A stretch of DNA of 53,268 bases from Circinaria calcarea (Eukaryota). Each line of letters begins with the position of its first letter. Within the stretch, counting starts at the first letter, position 1. Both the position numbers and the translations under genes were made by a program. Positions 36,201 through 50,992 of this stretch are shown here, one piece after another. The stretch covers positions 1 to 53,268 of the forward strand of contig JAVECS010000007.1 of the NCBI GenBank assembly GCA_051942165.1, given 5' to 3'. A model generated the notes under the pieces. The model saw nothing but the letters and a program-made list of their open reading frames with translations, was not told the origin of the DNA and ran no database searches.

Positions 36201-36533
36201 TCCACCAGTTTCATTTTCGAGCTGGCCAGTGATTTGAAACTTTTGATCCGGATCCTCCTGCTTGACCTCTGCTTTATCATGAGAAATCAAGTCATCTACA
36301 TTCATGTCATTTTCAGCGAGACCAGTGGGTACTGGCGCCTGTGGGATCGTCTGTACTACAGCAGGAGGTGCTGGTTTTGTTGCGATTTCATCGCCGTCGT
36401 AGCTAAGAGACCGGATTAGCGAAAGAGGCAAGTGACCGGACTGTCAGATATGACAGAGCAACGAGGTGGTGTAATGCAGGTAAACCCACAGATCAGCGAA
36501 TAAGTCCTCATCAAGCTCTTCTGGCTCAGTCAT
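33281..36533 (-). CDS. HRP1: Hrp1/Nab4-like two-RRM RNA-binding protein (hnRNP A1/Musashi-like) with Q/M/G-rich tail, 5 constitutive exons
   Basis: MTEPEELDEDLFADLY..GIKEDG-KMFIGGLNWETTD..SRGFGFLTF..LDGKI-IDPKRAIPR..KIFVGG..RPRGFGFVTF; RGG repeats and C-terminal RGGFHPY (PY-NLS). Introns at 36403-36489, 34987-36099, ~34872-34946 and ~34610-34706. Confidence 0.92.
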
Positions 36534-37129
36534 GGTGACTTCGGTGAGGATTATTTGGAAATTATAAGTCTATACTGTTGCCTGATTGTGACCGATAGTA
36601 CCAACGTGACTACCGGAACGTGGCCAAATGAGAAGAAGGAGCTGAGTAGATGAAGAGATGGTTACGGTATTTGTCGATTATTTGCGCACAATGATGATGG
36701 ATACCGCTTCAGACTTGCCAGTGCATCCAAACAAACTCAAGACACCGAAGACAAGATGCTTTACGGCCACTCCGTGTGGGAGTAAGCAATAAGGGGTAGA
36801 TGTTGTGGATGTGAGGTGTTCTGGCGATGTGAAGCTACGGTATCCAAAAGCGCATGAGTCGGCGCGATGCCTTATTTGGCCTACGCTGCTCGGTAGGGCT
36901 GAAGGAACGGGCGGGCAAGTGGGAATGGAGCATTTGGCTTTGGGATGCTTTGACTCTGAATGAAATGTCTATTCTGCCCGATAATTGCAGCGGATAACCA
37001 AGAGATTTATTAAAAAGACCCCCCCGCCGATTTTGGGAGATGAATTCGAAGAACCCTTTACAGCAGGTATATCTATGATTTAGCCTCACTCAATAGCTAT
37101 GGACTAATGACTGCCAACGATCATAGGAA

Positions 37130-39255
37130 ATGGTACAGGTCGGTTCGTACTCTTCAAACTAAGTTGCTACTTCCTGGGAGTGCCTAATCACTGTGCATTT
37201 GCGCTGCCTGGTCAATGACTGCGGAGGGCTAACGAGATAATGAATATTCTTAGAACACTCCGAGTAGGTATATCCATCGAGACAGAAATAGAGCACCATG
37301 AGAGCTGTCCAGTTGACACAGCCGTAGTAGATCGACGTCCCCTTTCTGGCATCGACGACCTTCTAGCAGCCGGCATGGCTCGTCCAAGGGGAAGGTCTAT
37401 GACCCCAACGTCGTGGTTGGCGCATCATATTCACATACGGACATACTCAAATTTGATTCCTTGTAAGGAAACCGATTATGCCAAATTGGTTGTGGATTGA
37501 CGAATGGGCTATAGAGCTCTCGCACCAAACCCATCTCGGCCGCATACACCTCCATCAGTATCATCCTTTGGCAGCTCCCGTAATAATAATACGACTCCAC
37601 CCAACAAAAAAAGTTCTGCTGTTTCGAAATTCTCTTCTCGGTCCACATATGCTGATCTTGTGTATGGAAGGAATAGGAAATGGACTGCAGGGGAAGATGA
37701 CGATGATGGGGAGATGGGAGACCATCTGGACTTTGATCTGAACGTGGACGAGGACGAATTCGGACTTCCTAGCATAGCGACTTCTCGCAGAAGAGCTCGG
37801 CGTGCAGGTGGCCCTAGTTTAGCTAGTGCTGAAGGAGAGAAAAACCCAATAAGCACTAATGAGCTGCTACTCGGCACCGACCTTTCTGCCGGTCGAGTCA
37901 GGGCAAACAGTTCTGACATTGCAGAGGAAAGAGGAACACCAAATTATCCTACCGCGAAAAAGCCAGAAGGCAAAATCTTAAGACCACAGTATAAAGATAT
38001 TCTCAGAGGTGTGCAACATATTCCAGATTTCTGACCGAGTGCTAAACACTTTGCATCAGATCCTGCAAATTCGCTTCATCTTATAAGTCATCCTCCCTTG
38101 CCACCAAATGCAAGCGCAAAGGTAGCTGAAGCGCATTCGACGCGGATTTCTCGAATCAACAAGTTCAAACGCATACTTCAGGCAAGCTCAATATCTTTGG
38201 CGGATTTGCGAGGCTCTGCATGGTCAGGCGTCCCTGAAGAGGTCCGAAGCATATCATGGCAGATTCTCCTGGGCTACTTGCCAACCAGTAGTGAGAGACG
38301 CGTAGCAACACTGGAACGAAAAAGAAAAGAATATCTTGAAGGAGTCAGGCAGGCGTTCGAGAAGGGCGGCTCCGGCCTCACATCACCATTAAATGGCAAA
38401 GTAAAAACTTCCTTTAGTCAAGGACGCAGTCGAGGACTCGATGAAAATGTATGGCATCAAATTTCAATTGATGTCCCTCGGACAAGCCCACATATTGAGT
38501 TGTATAGCTATGAGGCGACCCAACGCTCGCTTGAACGGATCCTCTATCTATGGGCAATCCGACATCCCGCTAGCGGCTATGTACAAGGCATCAATGACCT
38601 GGTTACCCCTTTTTGGCAGGTTTTCCTAGGCAGCTATATTACGGATCCGAACATTGAGAGTGGAATGGACCCTGGTCAGCTTCCGAGAGCTGTGCTGGAC
38701 GCGGTAGAGGCAGATGCTTTTTGGTGTCTAACCAAGTTGCTAGATGGCATCCAGGACAACTACATCATTGCTCAGCCTGGCATTGTACGACAAGTAAATG
38801 CCCTCCGAGACCTTACCACCCGTATAGACTATGGGCTCGCGAAGCATCTCGAAAAAGAAGGTGTTGAATTCATGCAGTTCAGTTTCAGATGGATGAACTG
38901 TCTCCTCATGCGAGAAGTGAGTGTTAGATGCACTATCCGGATGTGGGATACCTATATGGCTGAGGAGCAAGGCTTTTCCGAATTCCATCTTTATGTGTGT
39001 GCAGCGTTCCTGGTTAAGTGGACGGAACAACTGGTGAAAATGGACTTTCAGGTAAGACTTTGGCGAATCTGTCGGCTTCCCACTAATGTCCCCTAAAAGG
39101 AAGTTATGATGTTTTTGCAAGCCTTACCCACTCGACAATGGACGGAGAAGGATATTGAGCTGCTGCTCAGTGAAGCGTTTATTTGGCAAAGCCTTTTTCG
39201 AGGATCGAGCGCTCATTTACGAAACAACAATGGAGCAGTTTCATCAATTACATAA
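37130..39255 (+). CDS. GYP1: TBC-domain Rab GTPase-activating protein (Gyp1/TBC1D22 family); 5' microexons predicted
   Basis: AWSGVP..WQILLGYLP; QISIDVPRT; RHPASGYVQGINDL; VEADAFWCLTKLLDGIQDNY; QFSFRWMNCLLMRE; IRMWDTY. 5' exons 37130-37138, 37254-37267 and 37331-37462 are less certain. Confidence 0.92.
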
Positions 39256-39564
39256 AAATCATCATGAGAGCATTATTTTGGGGTTTCGCTTTCCCGTGGA
39301 GAGTTTTCTATAACGCGTGGCCACTAGGACATTCTCGTCTCGAGAATGAATCCGATCGAGGTAGGACTTGCGGTTAATGAAACCCAACCACAGTACAGAT
39401 CGACAACGCTCATGAAGCTACCATGCGCAAGGCTCTGTTGTCGACAAGCCCTTCTCCTGGTACAACTGAACTACTCGCCATTAGTGGACGGTTCCTTCGT
39501 AATTGCGCCAAGGAAACCCTCTCTGAATGTGATCGTTGGATAATTCGGGACTTGGCACAGTTAT

Positions 39565-40909
<1,345 letters not shown>

Positions 40910-41291
40910 TACTATGGTAATTAAGAAAAGTCGTCCTCTGATATGGTATGTTCTATAGTGCAAGGAAAACAAACCATCGAACCAGATAGTATCGATTTCC
41001 TCGCAGCCTTGTAAGCTGTATAAAATATCTAATGGGTATTCAACATGTGAACGAGTGAGTCGACTGCACGGCGACACTAGCCCGCTTCTAGAACAGCGAC
41101 GGCATCGACAATACCTTTGTAGCTCAGTAGTATGAGAGTCCTACGTACAGTACCTATCGGTTCTCACAATGATCACAGTAGCCATGGCATGTTTCGAAAC
41201 TGATCATCACGCACAATAAGGTAATACCTACACGTTCTGGCGAGCTGCCACCCGCCATCAATCGCCAAAAACTATTTGGAGTCTTACAAGA

Positions 41292-44200
41292 ATGTCTGGA
41301 CGCAAAGACTTTCTGAGCCAGCCGGCTCCAGAAAACTATGTCGCTGGGCTTGGAAGAGGAGCAACAGGTACAAATCTCTACGATTACTATCCTCTATTAT
41401 GAAGCTCATCCCATATTAGGCTTTACAACTCGCTCCGATCTAGGCCCTGCAAGAGAAGGCCCCAGTGAGGAGCAGATGAAAGAGTTGCTTGCGAAGCGCG
41501 CGCAACAGCTAGGAGCAGCACCACCTACGGCTTACGGAGCAACAGAAAAGAAAGACGATCATGACGACGAGGATGAGCGGTTTCAAGACCCAGAAAACGA
41601 AGTCGGACTGTTCGCTAACGGCGCATATGACCGAGATGATGATGAGGCTGACAGGATATATCAGGAGGTGGACGAGAAAATGGACAGAAGGCGCAAGATT
41701 AGAAGGTTAGATCCCTTTATCCTTTATCCTCATACCCTGTTTGTAAAGCATATAATTTATCGGGTATCTTGTATTCTCTTGTACAGATTGCCGACTTGAG
41801 TTCCTTCGATACCTCTAGGGAAGCACGCGAACGACAAGAGCGGGAAGAGTACGAGCGAAACAATCCAAAGATCCAACAACAGTTCGCCGACCTTAAGCGA
41901 TCTCTCGCGAGCGTCTCCGACGAGGACTGGCAAAACATTCCAGAGGTTGGAGATCTTACGGGTAAGAACAGAAGGACGAAGCAAAACCAGCGGCAGAGAT
42001 TCTACGCTGTACCGGATAGTGTGATCGCCGGCGCGAGGGATTCAACGCAGTTTGATACCAGTGTTACCGACGATGGCGCCCAAACGAATGGTCCTGGTGT
42101 GGATACCGCAGATGGGACGATGACCAATTTCGCAGACATAGGGGCTGCGCGTGATAAGGTTTTGCGAGTCCGGTTAGACCAAGCAGCACAGGGATCTGGC
42201 ACCGACGCTTCTTCTGGTAGTGCTACAAATGTCGATCCTAAAGGTTATCTTACCAGCCTCACGAAATCCGAGATGAAGGCAGGAGAGGTCGAGATGGGCG
42301 ACATCAAGCGTGTACGGGTCCTGCTAGAATCCGTCATCAAGACCAACCCAAAACATGCACCTGGCTGGATTGCAGCTGCTCGCCTCGAGGAAGTGGCAGG
42401 AAAAATAGTGGCCGCGAGAAACGTTATAGCTCGAGGATGCGAGTTCTGCCCAAAGAGTGAAGACGCATGGCTCGAAAACATCCGACTTAACGACAACCAC
42501 AACGCTAAGATCATCGCTGCCAATGCCATCAAGAACAATGATCGATCAACGCGACTGTGGATCGAGGCTATGAAACTTGAGACTGATCCTCGTGCTAAAA
42601 AACGAGTCTTGCGTCGCGCCATCGATAACATCCCTCAGTCCGTGGCTATCTGGAAGGAAGCCGTTAATCTCGAAGAAGATCCCGCCGATGCCCGCCTACT
42701 GCTTGCTAAAGCAACTGAGGTCATCCCGCTGTCGGTTGAACTATGGCTTGCTCTTGCTCGCCTAGAAACTCCCGAACAAGCACAAAAAGTGTTGAATAAG
42801 GCTCGCATGGCTATACCTACTAGTTACGAAATCTGGATTGCTGCGGCAAGATTGCGGGAGCAAATGGGCAACGCTACTAAGCTAAACGTTATGAAGCGTG
42901 CCGTCCAATCACTTGCTCGAGAATCGGCGATGTTGAAAAGGGAAGAGTGGATCACTGAAGCAGAGAAATGCGAAGATGAAGGTGCCATTCTTACATGTGG
43001 AGCTATCATTCGAGAAACACTTGGATATGGCCTGGATGAAGATGACGATCGGAAAGAGACTTGGATGGACGATGCCAAGTCCAGTATCGGTCGAGGTAAG
43101 TACGAGACTGCCAGGGCAATCTACGCCTATGCTTTGCGGGTCTTCGTCAACAAGAAATCTATCTGGCTAGCTGCGGCGGATTTGGAAAGGAATCACGGCA
43201 CCAAAGAGGCACTTTGGCAACTCCTTGAAAAAGCTGTTGAAGCATGCCCGCAAAGTGAGGTGTTGTGGATGCAACTTGCGAAGGAGAAGTGGCAGTCTGG
43301 AGAGATCGATGATGCTCGACGCGTATTAGGCCTAGCTTTCAAGCAGAATCCCAATAACGAGGACATTTGGCTTGCCGCCGTCAAACTTGAAGCAGACAAT
43401 CAGCAAATTGATCAAGCGCGGGAGTTGTTGCAGACGGCACGACAAGAAGCTGGCACAGACCGGATATGGGTTAAAAGTGTGGCTTTCGAGCGTCAATTAG
43501 GCAACAACGATGCGGCCCTTGACCTCGTCAACCAAGCACTTCAGCTGTATCCTAAAGCTGATAAACTATGGATGATGAAAGGGCAAATTTACGAAGAAAT
43601 CAACAAAATACTCCAAGCGCGAGAAGCTTATAGCAACGGTACTCGAGCATGCCCTAAATCTGTGCCTCTCTGGCTACTTGCTTCTCGACTTGAAGAAAAA
43701 GCTGGAGTGGTCGTTAAGGCGAGGTCCGTTCTAGATCGCGCACGACTTGCTGTACCCAGGAGTGCAGATTTATGGGCCGAGAGTGTGAGGGTTGAGAGGC
43801 GTGCCAACAATATTGCACAAGCTAAGAATCTAATGGCGAAAGCTTTACAAGAAGTGCCTAATTCTGGCTTACTCTGGAGCGAGAGCATATGGTATCTCGA
43901 GCCCAGAACGCAACGTAAACCGCGAAGTCTAGAAGCTATCAAGAAAGTCGACAATGATCCGATCCTGTTTGTCACAGTCGCACGTATTTTTTGGGGCGAG
44001 CGAAGGCTCGAAAAAGCGTCCACCTGGTTCGAGAAAGCAATCATTTTAAACAGCGACCTGGGTGATACCTGGGCTTGGTATTACAAATTCCTGCAGCAAC
44101 ATGGTACAGATGTAAGTACAGGACCAGTCATAGTCGCCCTATTGGGAAAGTGCTTCACTAACCATTTCGTGAAGGAGAAACGGGAGGATGTCATAGCAAA

Positions 44201-44318
44201 ATGCGTTCTTAGCGAACCTAAGCACGGGGAGATATGGCAAAGCGTTGCCAAGGACCCACGCAATGCTACCAAAGCGACCGAGGAGATACTAAAGCTGGTT
44301 GTGGATCGGCTCAGTTAG
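41292..44318 (+). CDS. PRP6: U4/U6.U5 tri-snRNP splicing factor Prp6 (S. pombe Prp1), HAT repeats, 4 exons
   Basis: [69 protein letters not shown]; many HAT repeats; EPKHGEIW. Confidence 0.97.
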
Positions 44319-44773
44319 CCTGACATTGGGGAACTGCGATTTGTCTTGGGCCGGGCAGACATCGTGAGCATTTCCAATCTGTGTCACATAGGCTCGGTGC
44401 TTGCTGTTTACCGGAGCAATCGAATCTGGTTGAGAGTCTCTTACCAGCCTATCGGACTTCTGTTGCCCCCATTGTATGGTGAGCAGAAGAATTTGGAAGC
44501 GTATGCAAACGCCTGGTGAGATCAATTCTCTGCACCCAAGTTGCAGATAATGTAAATTAAACATGAGTAGTACGAACCCTCGACTCGAATGACTTACTCA
44601 TGTCTTCAAATGAAGTAACTGTAGAATCGAATTTAAAATGTGATATTGGCAAGATCGATTTGGTAATCTGGATGTTAGGGTGATGCGGAATATTTTATGC
44701 CTAGGCAATCGCCTCGGTTCTTCTCAAGTACGAGACACTTGGTTTTGATCCTCGACCGGGTCGCTACATAACT

Positions 44774-46720
44774 ATGTCTATCAAGGCAGGTAGGAGGACA
44801 CTCAAATTGATGAGGACCGGGAGATATTGATGTTCAATAGACAAGGTGTTTGCTCCTTCGCCAAGTACCATTCGTGGACAGCCCACGCAACTCTCTGCAA
44901 ATCCTACAGGCGAACGCATAGCATACGCGGTCAGTGGGAACTCATCGAGGATACTTACGAAGTGAAGGCGTTGACAGAGTATACCGTACAAGAACAATAA
45001 GTCCATCTTCTTGCGATCTATCGATGAACCCTCTCTCAGCACACAATATACCGGGCATATAACCACTGCAACCGTCGCTCGTTTCTCACCTTCAGGCTAC
45101 TACGTTGCCAGTGGAGACGTATCGGGGACTGTTAGGGTGTGGAGCTGTGAAGGTGAATACAACACCAAGGGCGAATATCATGTCATAGCAGGGAGAATCA
45201 ATGATATAGCTTGGGATGGCGACTCCTCACGATTGATTGCTGTGGGCCACGGAAAGGAGCGCTTTGGCCATTGCCTAACAGCTGATAGTGGAAACACCTG
45301 CGGGGAAATCTCAGGCCATTCTCAGCAAATCAACAGTGTCTCGATACGGCAGCAAAGACCACTGCGAGCCGCTACTGGCGGTGATGATTTCAGTTTGGTC
45401 TTCTATCATGGAACGCCATTCAAGTTCAATACCAGCCTTCGAGGGCAACACAATCGGTTTATCTACGGAACAGCTTTTAGTCCAGACGGATCGTTACTGG
45501 TGAGTGTGGGCGCTGACGGAAAGATTTGGCTTTACGATGGAAAGACAGGAGAGGTCAGGGGCCAAATAGGGGAAGGTCAGCACAAGGGTAGTATATTCGG
45601 TGTATCGTGGGCCAGAGACTCGAAGCGGTTCGTTACGTCCAGCGCCGATCAAACCGTGAAAGTCTGGGATGTCGAGACAGGAAAATCTAGTCAGTCATGG
45701 AGAATGGGAGAAGACGGCGTAGTTAGCGTTCCAGATCACCAGGTTGGTGTTGTCTGGCCAGGTGGACGATCAGATGGCTTGATTTTGAGCTTGAATCTTG
45801 CCGGTGATCTGAACTATCTCGCAGAAGGAACCCAGCAGCCGCAAAGAATCGTGCAAGGACATCAGAAAAACATCACGGCTATAGGTACGAATAATGTCCC
45901 CGGCACAGACGGCGTTTTCTGGACAGGAGGCAGCGATGGCCGAGTATGTTGTTGGAACGTATCCACTGGTAAAGCAGAAAGTGTAGATGGAGAGACTCAT
46001 ACAAACTACGTCTCGGGTATTGCCACCTCACCGGAAGGGCGAATTTTCAGTGTCGGCTGGGACGATACGTTACGATCACTGGATGCGCGGGCAACGACAT
46101 TTTTGGGAAACTCAAACAGAACGGACGGACAGCCAAAAGGGGTGGCCACCAGTGAAAACCGGGTCTATGTAGCTACACATAAAGGTATCGAAATCTTCAC
46201 CGGGGTAGCTAAGTCTGGAGAAGTAAAGACTCGATTCTCGCCCTCGACAATTGCAAGCCGTGGACACCTATTTGCCGTCGGGGGCGATGATAGCGTTCTT
46301 CACGTCTATTCAATTTCCTCGGGTTCTGTATCCACAGTTAAAGAAATATCCGAGACGAGTTCGCTCATCACCGCCCTCTCATTCTCTACCGACCGCTCAA
46401 TGCTGGCAGCGGGGTTCTCGAACGGGAAGATCACGGTTTACAATTGTCAGGACTGGACTGTTGCTATCAGTCGTTGGTCGTCACATACCGGGCGTATTAC
46501 TTCCATTGCGTGGAACGGCTCCGGAACGCACGCCGTCAGTGGAGGTCTTGATTGCAACGTTTATGTGTGGAGCGTGGCGAAACCAGGCATGAGGGTTACC
46601 GTGCCAAATGCTCACAAGGACGGAATCAATGGTGTTGCATGGATCGATGGTGACAGAAAGGTGTTGAGCGTGGGAGGCGATGCTGCCGTGAAGGTCTGGA
46701 AAGTTGAGGGATTGTCGTAG
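44774..46720 (+). CDS. AIP1: Actin-interacting protein 1 (double WD40 propeller, WDR1), 3 exons
   Basis: APSPSTIRGQPTQL; ARFSPSGYYVASGD-x-SG-x-VRVW; DIAWDGDS-x-R; DSGN-x-GEISGH; QRPLRAATG-x-DD; PFKF. Confidence 0.93.
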
Positions 46721-47112
46721 TAATCTTGTTTGGGGAGGGCTTGTTCAGCCTGCTAGCTCTCCACAATCAACGAGTGACTCGGCATGCATTACGAGTAGAT
46801 CAAGCGAGTGGATTCCTTCCACTTCTAGGCAAGGTACCTGGTGTGAGATAATGGACGATGATGAGATAGAAGTTATTCCGTTCAAGCGTTGTACAATATC
46901 TGCGTCAACAAGCTAGAAATCCCCGGTCGTTTGCTGCGAGAATATCTGCCTTATGTAAGCACACCGCCGGCAATCCCTGAGTGAGGCAGGGTACTCCGTA
47001 ACAGGTTTCCAACAGGTAACTCACACCTGCCAACATGATGCATGATGTAGAAGCTATAAGGACTCGACTGCTGGCGCAGGTCGTTAGCAACAATTGATAT
47101 GCATAGAGCGAC

Positions 47113-50100
47113 ATGACATCCAGCATGCAAGGCGGTATCGCGCCTGGGAAACCTCACCGGTACTCCAGACCCATAGTAGGTTCGACGCTGCTGCAGCTAG
47201 ATTCTTTTTTAAGAACCGGCATAGCTAACACATATTACTTTTAGCTACGGCAAGCAACTCTGATCCTTCCTACCACCGGAGAACGTGTCAAACGTCGAGT
47301 GACGCTTCGCCGACCCGATTGTCTCGACGACAGGAATGGGGATGGCCTTTCAGATCAGTCACCGTTGTTAAGTCGGCATCCATCGTACCACGGTGAGAAT
47401 AGTACTATAGGCAGGGCTCGAGAATATTGCCAGCATGCTGCTCGAGAAGCTTGGGCGTTTGCCAGATCAAAAACTGGACAAGGCATACTGAAATGCAGCA
47501 TTGCCTATTTCCTCGGGAGCATGGGCACCTTTGTCCCGGCCATAGCAGCAGTTCTGGGCCAGCAAGATGGGAAGCATCTGGTCGCTACAGTCACAGTCTA
47601 CTTCCATCCCGCCAGGTCGCAGGGAAGTATGTTTGAGGCGGTTTTACTTGCATTCCTTGCATTTACATATACGGTAATCGTCAGTTTTAGCAGCATGGGT
47701 GTCTCGATACTTTTTGGTCGCACACTGGACCTCATTGTGGTTGGCCACGTTATAGTTCTGATAGTATTCTGCGGCGGGAGTCTCGGCCTGATTGGCTGGG
47801 CGAAGCAAAGGCTTGGGAATCCTCTAGTCAATGTTGCATGCTCCTTGGCGTCTTTGGCAATTATCACAGTACTGACCAAAGAAGGAGCTGTGCAAGCTTC
47901 TATGTTCTCTGACGATAAAGTGGCTCAAGTCATGAAAATGATCCTTATGGGTGTGACTGCGACTACCGCTGTATGTTTTCTGGTCAAACCAGTCTCTGCA
48001 AGAAAGGAGTTGCGAGAAAACATTTTAAACGTTACCGATTCATTTGCAGACATGCTGAGTTTGATTACCAGAAGTTTCTTAACAGGGACCGAAGAGGATC
48101 TTCAACAGCCGTCTTTCCTTATGGCATCCACTAGGTATCGCAATGTCCTCTCTTCTCTCGCAAACAACTTGAAAGAGGCAAAATATGAGCATTACGTGAT
48201 GGGAACCGAAGAAGAATATCATCTGCAGGCGAAGCTTGTTAATTGCATGCAGAGATTGGCTCAGAATATTGGGGGATTACGCAGTGCTGCCACTACACAG
48301 TTCACCCTTTTAGCTCAACCAGCTGGAGTCGGCGGTGCAACTCCCATCAGATCAGCGACCTTCTCGCCGAGACTGAGGCTCGCAGATTCTATAATTGCAG
48401 CGATGTCAACATCACCTCCAGATAACTATGGGGTTCTGACTGCCATTGACGAACGACCGGAAGACGACCAGAGAACAAGAGACTGGTCAGGAAGCGTTAG
48501 ACATAGGTCTACCGACGAACAGAACGACCTGCCAACTGTACAGTCACCACTCGAGATATTTGAAAGATTTATCGTTCACCTTGGCCCTTCCATGGTATAT
48601 TTGTCTCCCAAATTTATAGGGTCGTAGACTAATTCGAAGGCTAGAAATCCTTGGCCTTCACCCTGAGGCAGATACTTAAAGGACTTCCTTATGGGCCGGC
48701 TCCAGATTTTCGAATCTCCGTAAATGCCCATTTTCGACCAAGCCTCACAGAGGCAATAGAGCTATACAGCAGATCACGAAAAGAAGCACTCACGCTACTT
48801 TATAAGAATAAGGATCTGAATGCCTTACGCCCGTTAGAGGTTGAGGCTGATTTTGAGGAAGTGGCAGCCAGCTGCGGGCACTTTAGCTTTTCCCTCCAGT
48901 ATTTTGCCAAGGAGATGCGAGTTTACCTTGACATTGTAGAGGACTTGAAACTAGAGATTGAAGAGAGACCGCATGGTCGATCCTGGCATTGGCTTAGTTT
49001 TTGGCGGAAGAATCATTTGTTAAGAGGTACCAGTCAATGTGGAGATCTTGGTAAGCCTTCTGGCCTTGCACAAAGTATCATACTAAGCCACTTTAGAACG
49101 GGACAGCGACATCAATCACAACAAGATCAATGGTCTATCTGCTGAAGTCTCAAGTCCTTTCGAGCGTAGTGAGTTCGATCCAAAAGAACCGCTCCAGAGA
49201 ACTACTTATAGCTATCGTCTTTGGAAATCTCTCCGTATACTTCGACGAGACGACACAAAGTACGCGATTAAAGTGGGAGCAGGAGCGGCATTGTACGCAC
49301 TCCCATCCTTCCTCATCTCCACCCGGCCTGTTTACCAGCATTGGCGTGGTGAATGGGGTCTGCTCTCATATATGCTGGTATGCTCTATGACAGTTGGTGC
49401 ATCGAACACAACTGCCTTTGCTCGTTTCTTTGGTACGTGCTTAGGAGCTGCATGTGCGATCATCGCATGGACTGCCTCCCAGGGCAATGTATTTGCACTT
49501 GCCGGCTTCGGTTGGTTAATGTCCTTATTTACATCCTTCCTCATCGTGGCAAAGGGTAAAGGCCCTATGGGCCGCTTCATCATGCTCACGTACAACCTAT
49601 CCGCTCTTTACGCATACTCCTTATCTGTCAGAGATGATGACGACGATGATGACGAAGGCGGGATTGATCCTGTCATCACCGACATTGCCCTCCACAGAGT
49701 TGTTGCGGTGCTGTCTGGTTGTCTCTGGGGTCTCATCATCACGCGTCTCATCTGGCCCATAAGTGCTAGACGTAGGTTTAAAGACGGCTTGAGCTTGCTT
49801 TGGTTACGGATGGGCCTTATTTGGAAGCGGGATCCACTCACCATGCTTCTTGACGGAGAATCGCCGAGTTCATACATGGACCTACGCGAGGAGTTCCAGC
49901 TTCATCTTTTTCTTTCGAAGCTAGAGACACTGCGGGATGCAGCCGCTTCTGAGTTTGAGCTGCGCGGGCCATTTCCCAGTGCTGCGTATGAAAGTATCCT
50001 TAATCGCACCTCTAGAATGCTGGATGCTTTCCACGCCATGAATATTGTCATCATGAAAGATCGCAAGCCGCCTAAAGGAGAAACTGAGATCCTCAGGTAT

Positions 50101-50516
50101 ACAGTTGACGAAAGAGCTCAACTATGTTCAAGGATTAGTCATTTATTTCAAGGTTGGTGCATCGTCGGTGCTGACTGGTTCATTCATTGACATGGCCTAG
50201 TCCTGGCTTCTTCGATGAAACTGCAATTCTCCCTCAAAGATGCGTTGCCGACGACTGATCATGCTCGGGATCGACTCCTAGCAAAGGTATTTAAATATCG
50301 AAAAGACGACAAGGTTGCGCAGAAAACGAACGACGAAGACTTTGGATTGCTATATGCTTATGGTATGTACTCTGAAGCTTCAGGCCCTAAAGCTCGGCGC
50401 TGATGATGGCCATAGCATTGGTGACTGGGCAGATATCGGAGGAGATCCGTGAAGTGAGTCATGAGTTGGAGAAGCTCTTTGGCATCCTTGACGAGGACCT
50501 CCTGAAACTGCAATAG
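47113..50516 (+). CDS. Fusaric-acid-resistance-like / aromatic acid exporter (FUSC/ArAE, ALMT-related) membrane protein, about 6 exons
   Basis: LKCSIAYFLGS..VTVYFHPARS-x-GSM; second TM block YAIKVGAGAALY..WRGEWGLLSYMLV..TVGASN..RFFGT..IALHRVVAV..IWPISAR; EFELRGPFP. Confidence 0.8.
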
Positions 50517-50992
50517 TACCTTTGGACTGTGTAGATTGATTGCATGTGCTTGGAGTCAGGGAACGCATCAGGCGGATTGAAAGGGTCTTAGCTGGGAAAA
50601 GCGCGAGAGATACCTATTTGTTACTAGTATATCAATAGCTAGCGTATCATTGTATTCTGTGACTCTTTACACAATTTAAATTGATACCTTAAAATCACGG
50701 CAACAAGTCAGAATGCTACGCTCGCAAAAGCCATTCGTGGAAAGCAATAGGCGAGGAGACCGCTAATAAGCTCCTCTTTGCGAAATATGAAATTATCCAG
50801 GCTTTTACCGTAACAGGATCGCGTACGGAGCACAGTATTCCTTCTCCATCTTCGCATCCTTTCGGGACCGTCGGGGATAGCACCAGTGGCTACCGGACTA
50901 TGGTGAGTTGCGAGAACACCGCAAACCTTCTAATGCGGCGCCGACGGCCATAAGATACCAAGCGCTTCCCGCTGGAGCACCAGCAACCCACG

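Noticed and set aside
44561..44603. 9-bp inverted repeat ACATGAGTA/TACTCATGT between PRP6 and AIP1
   Set aside because: Too short to distinguish from chance, and it lacks tRNA or snoRNA hallmarks.
50800..50812. GGCTTTTACCG resembling U5 snRNA loop I
   Set aside because: It does not match the invariant GCCTTTTAC, and I saw no supporting stem or Sm site.
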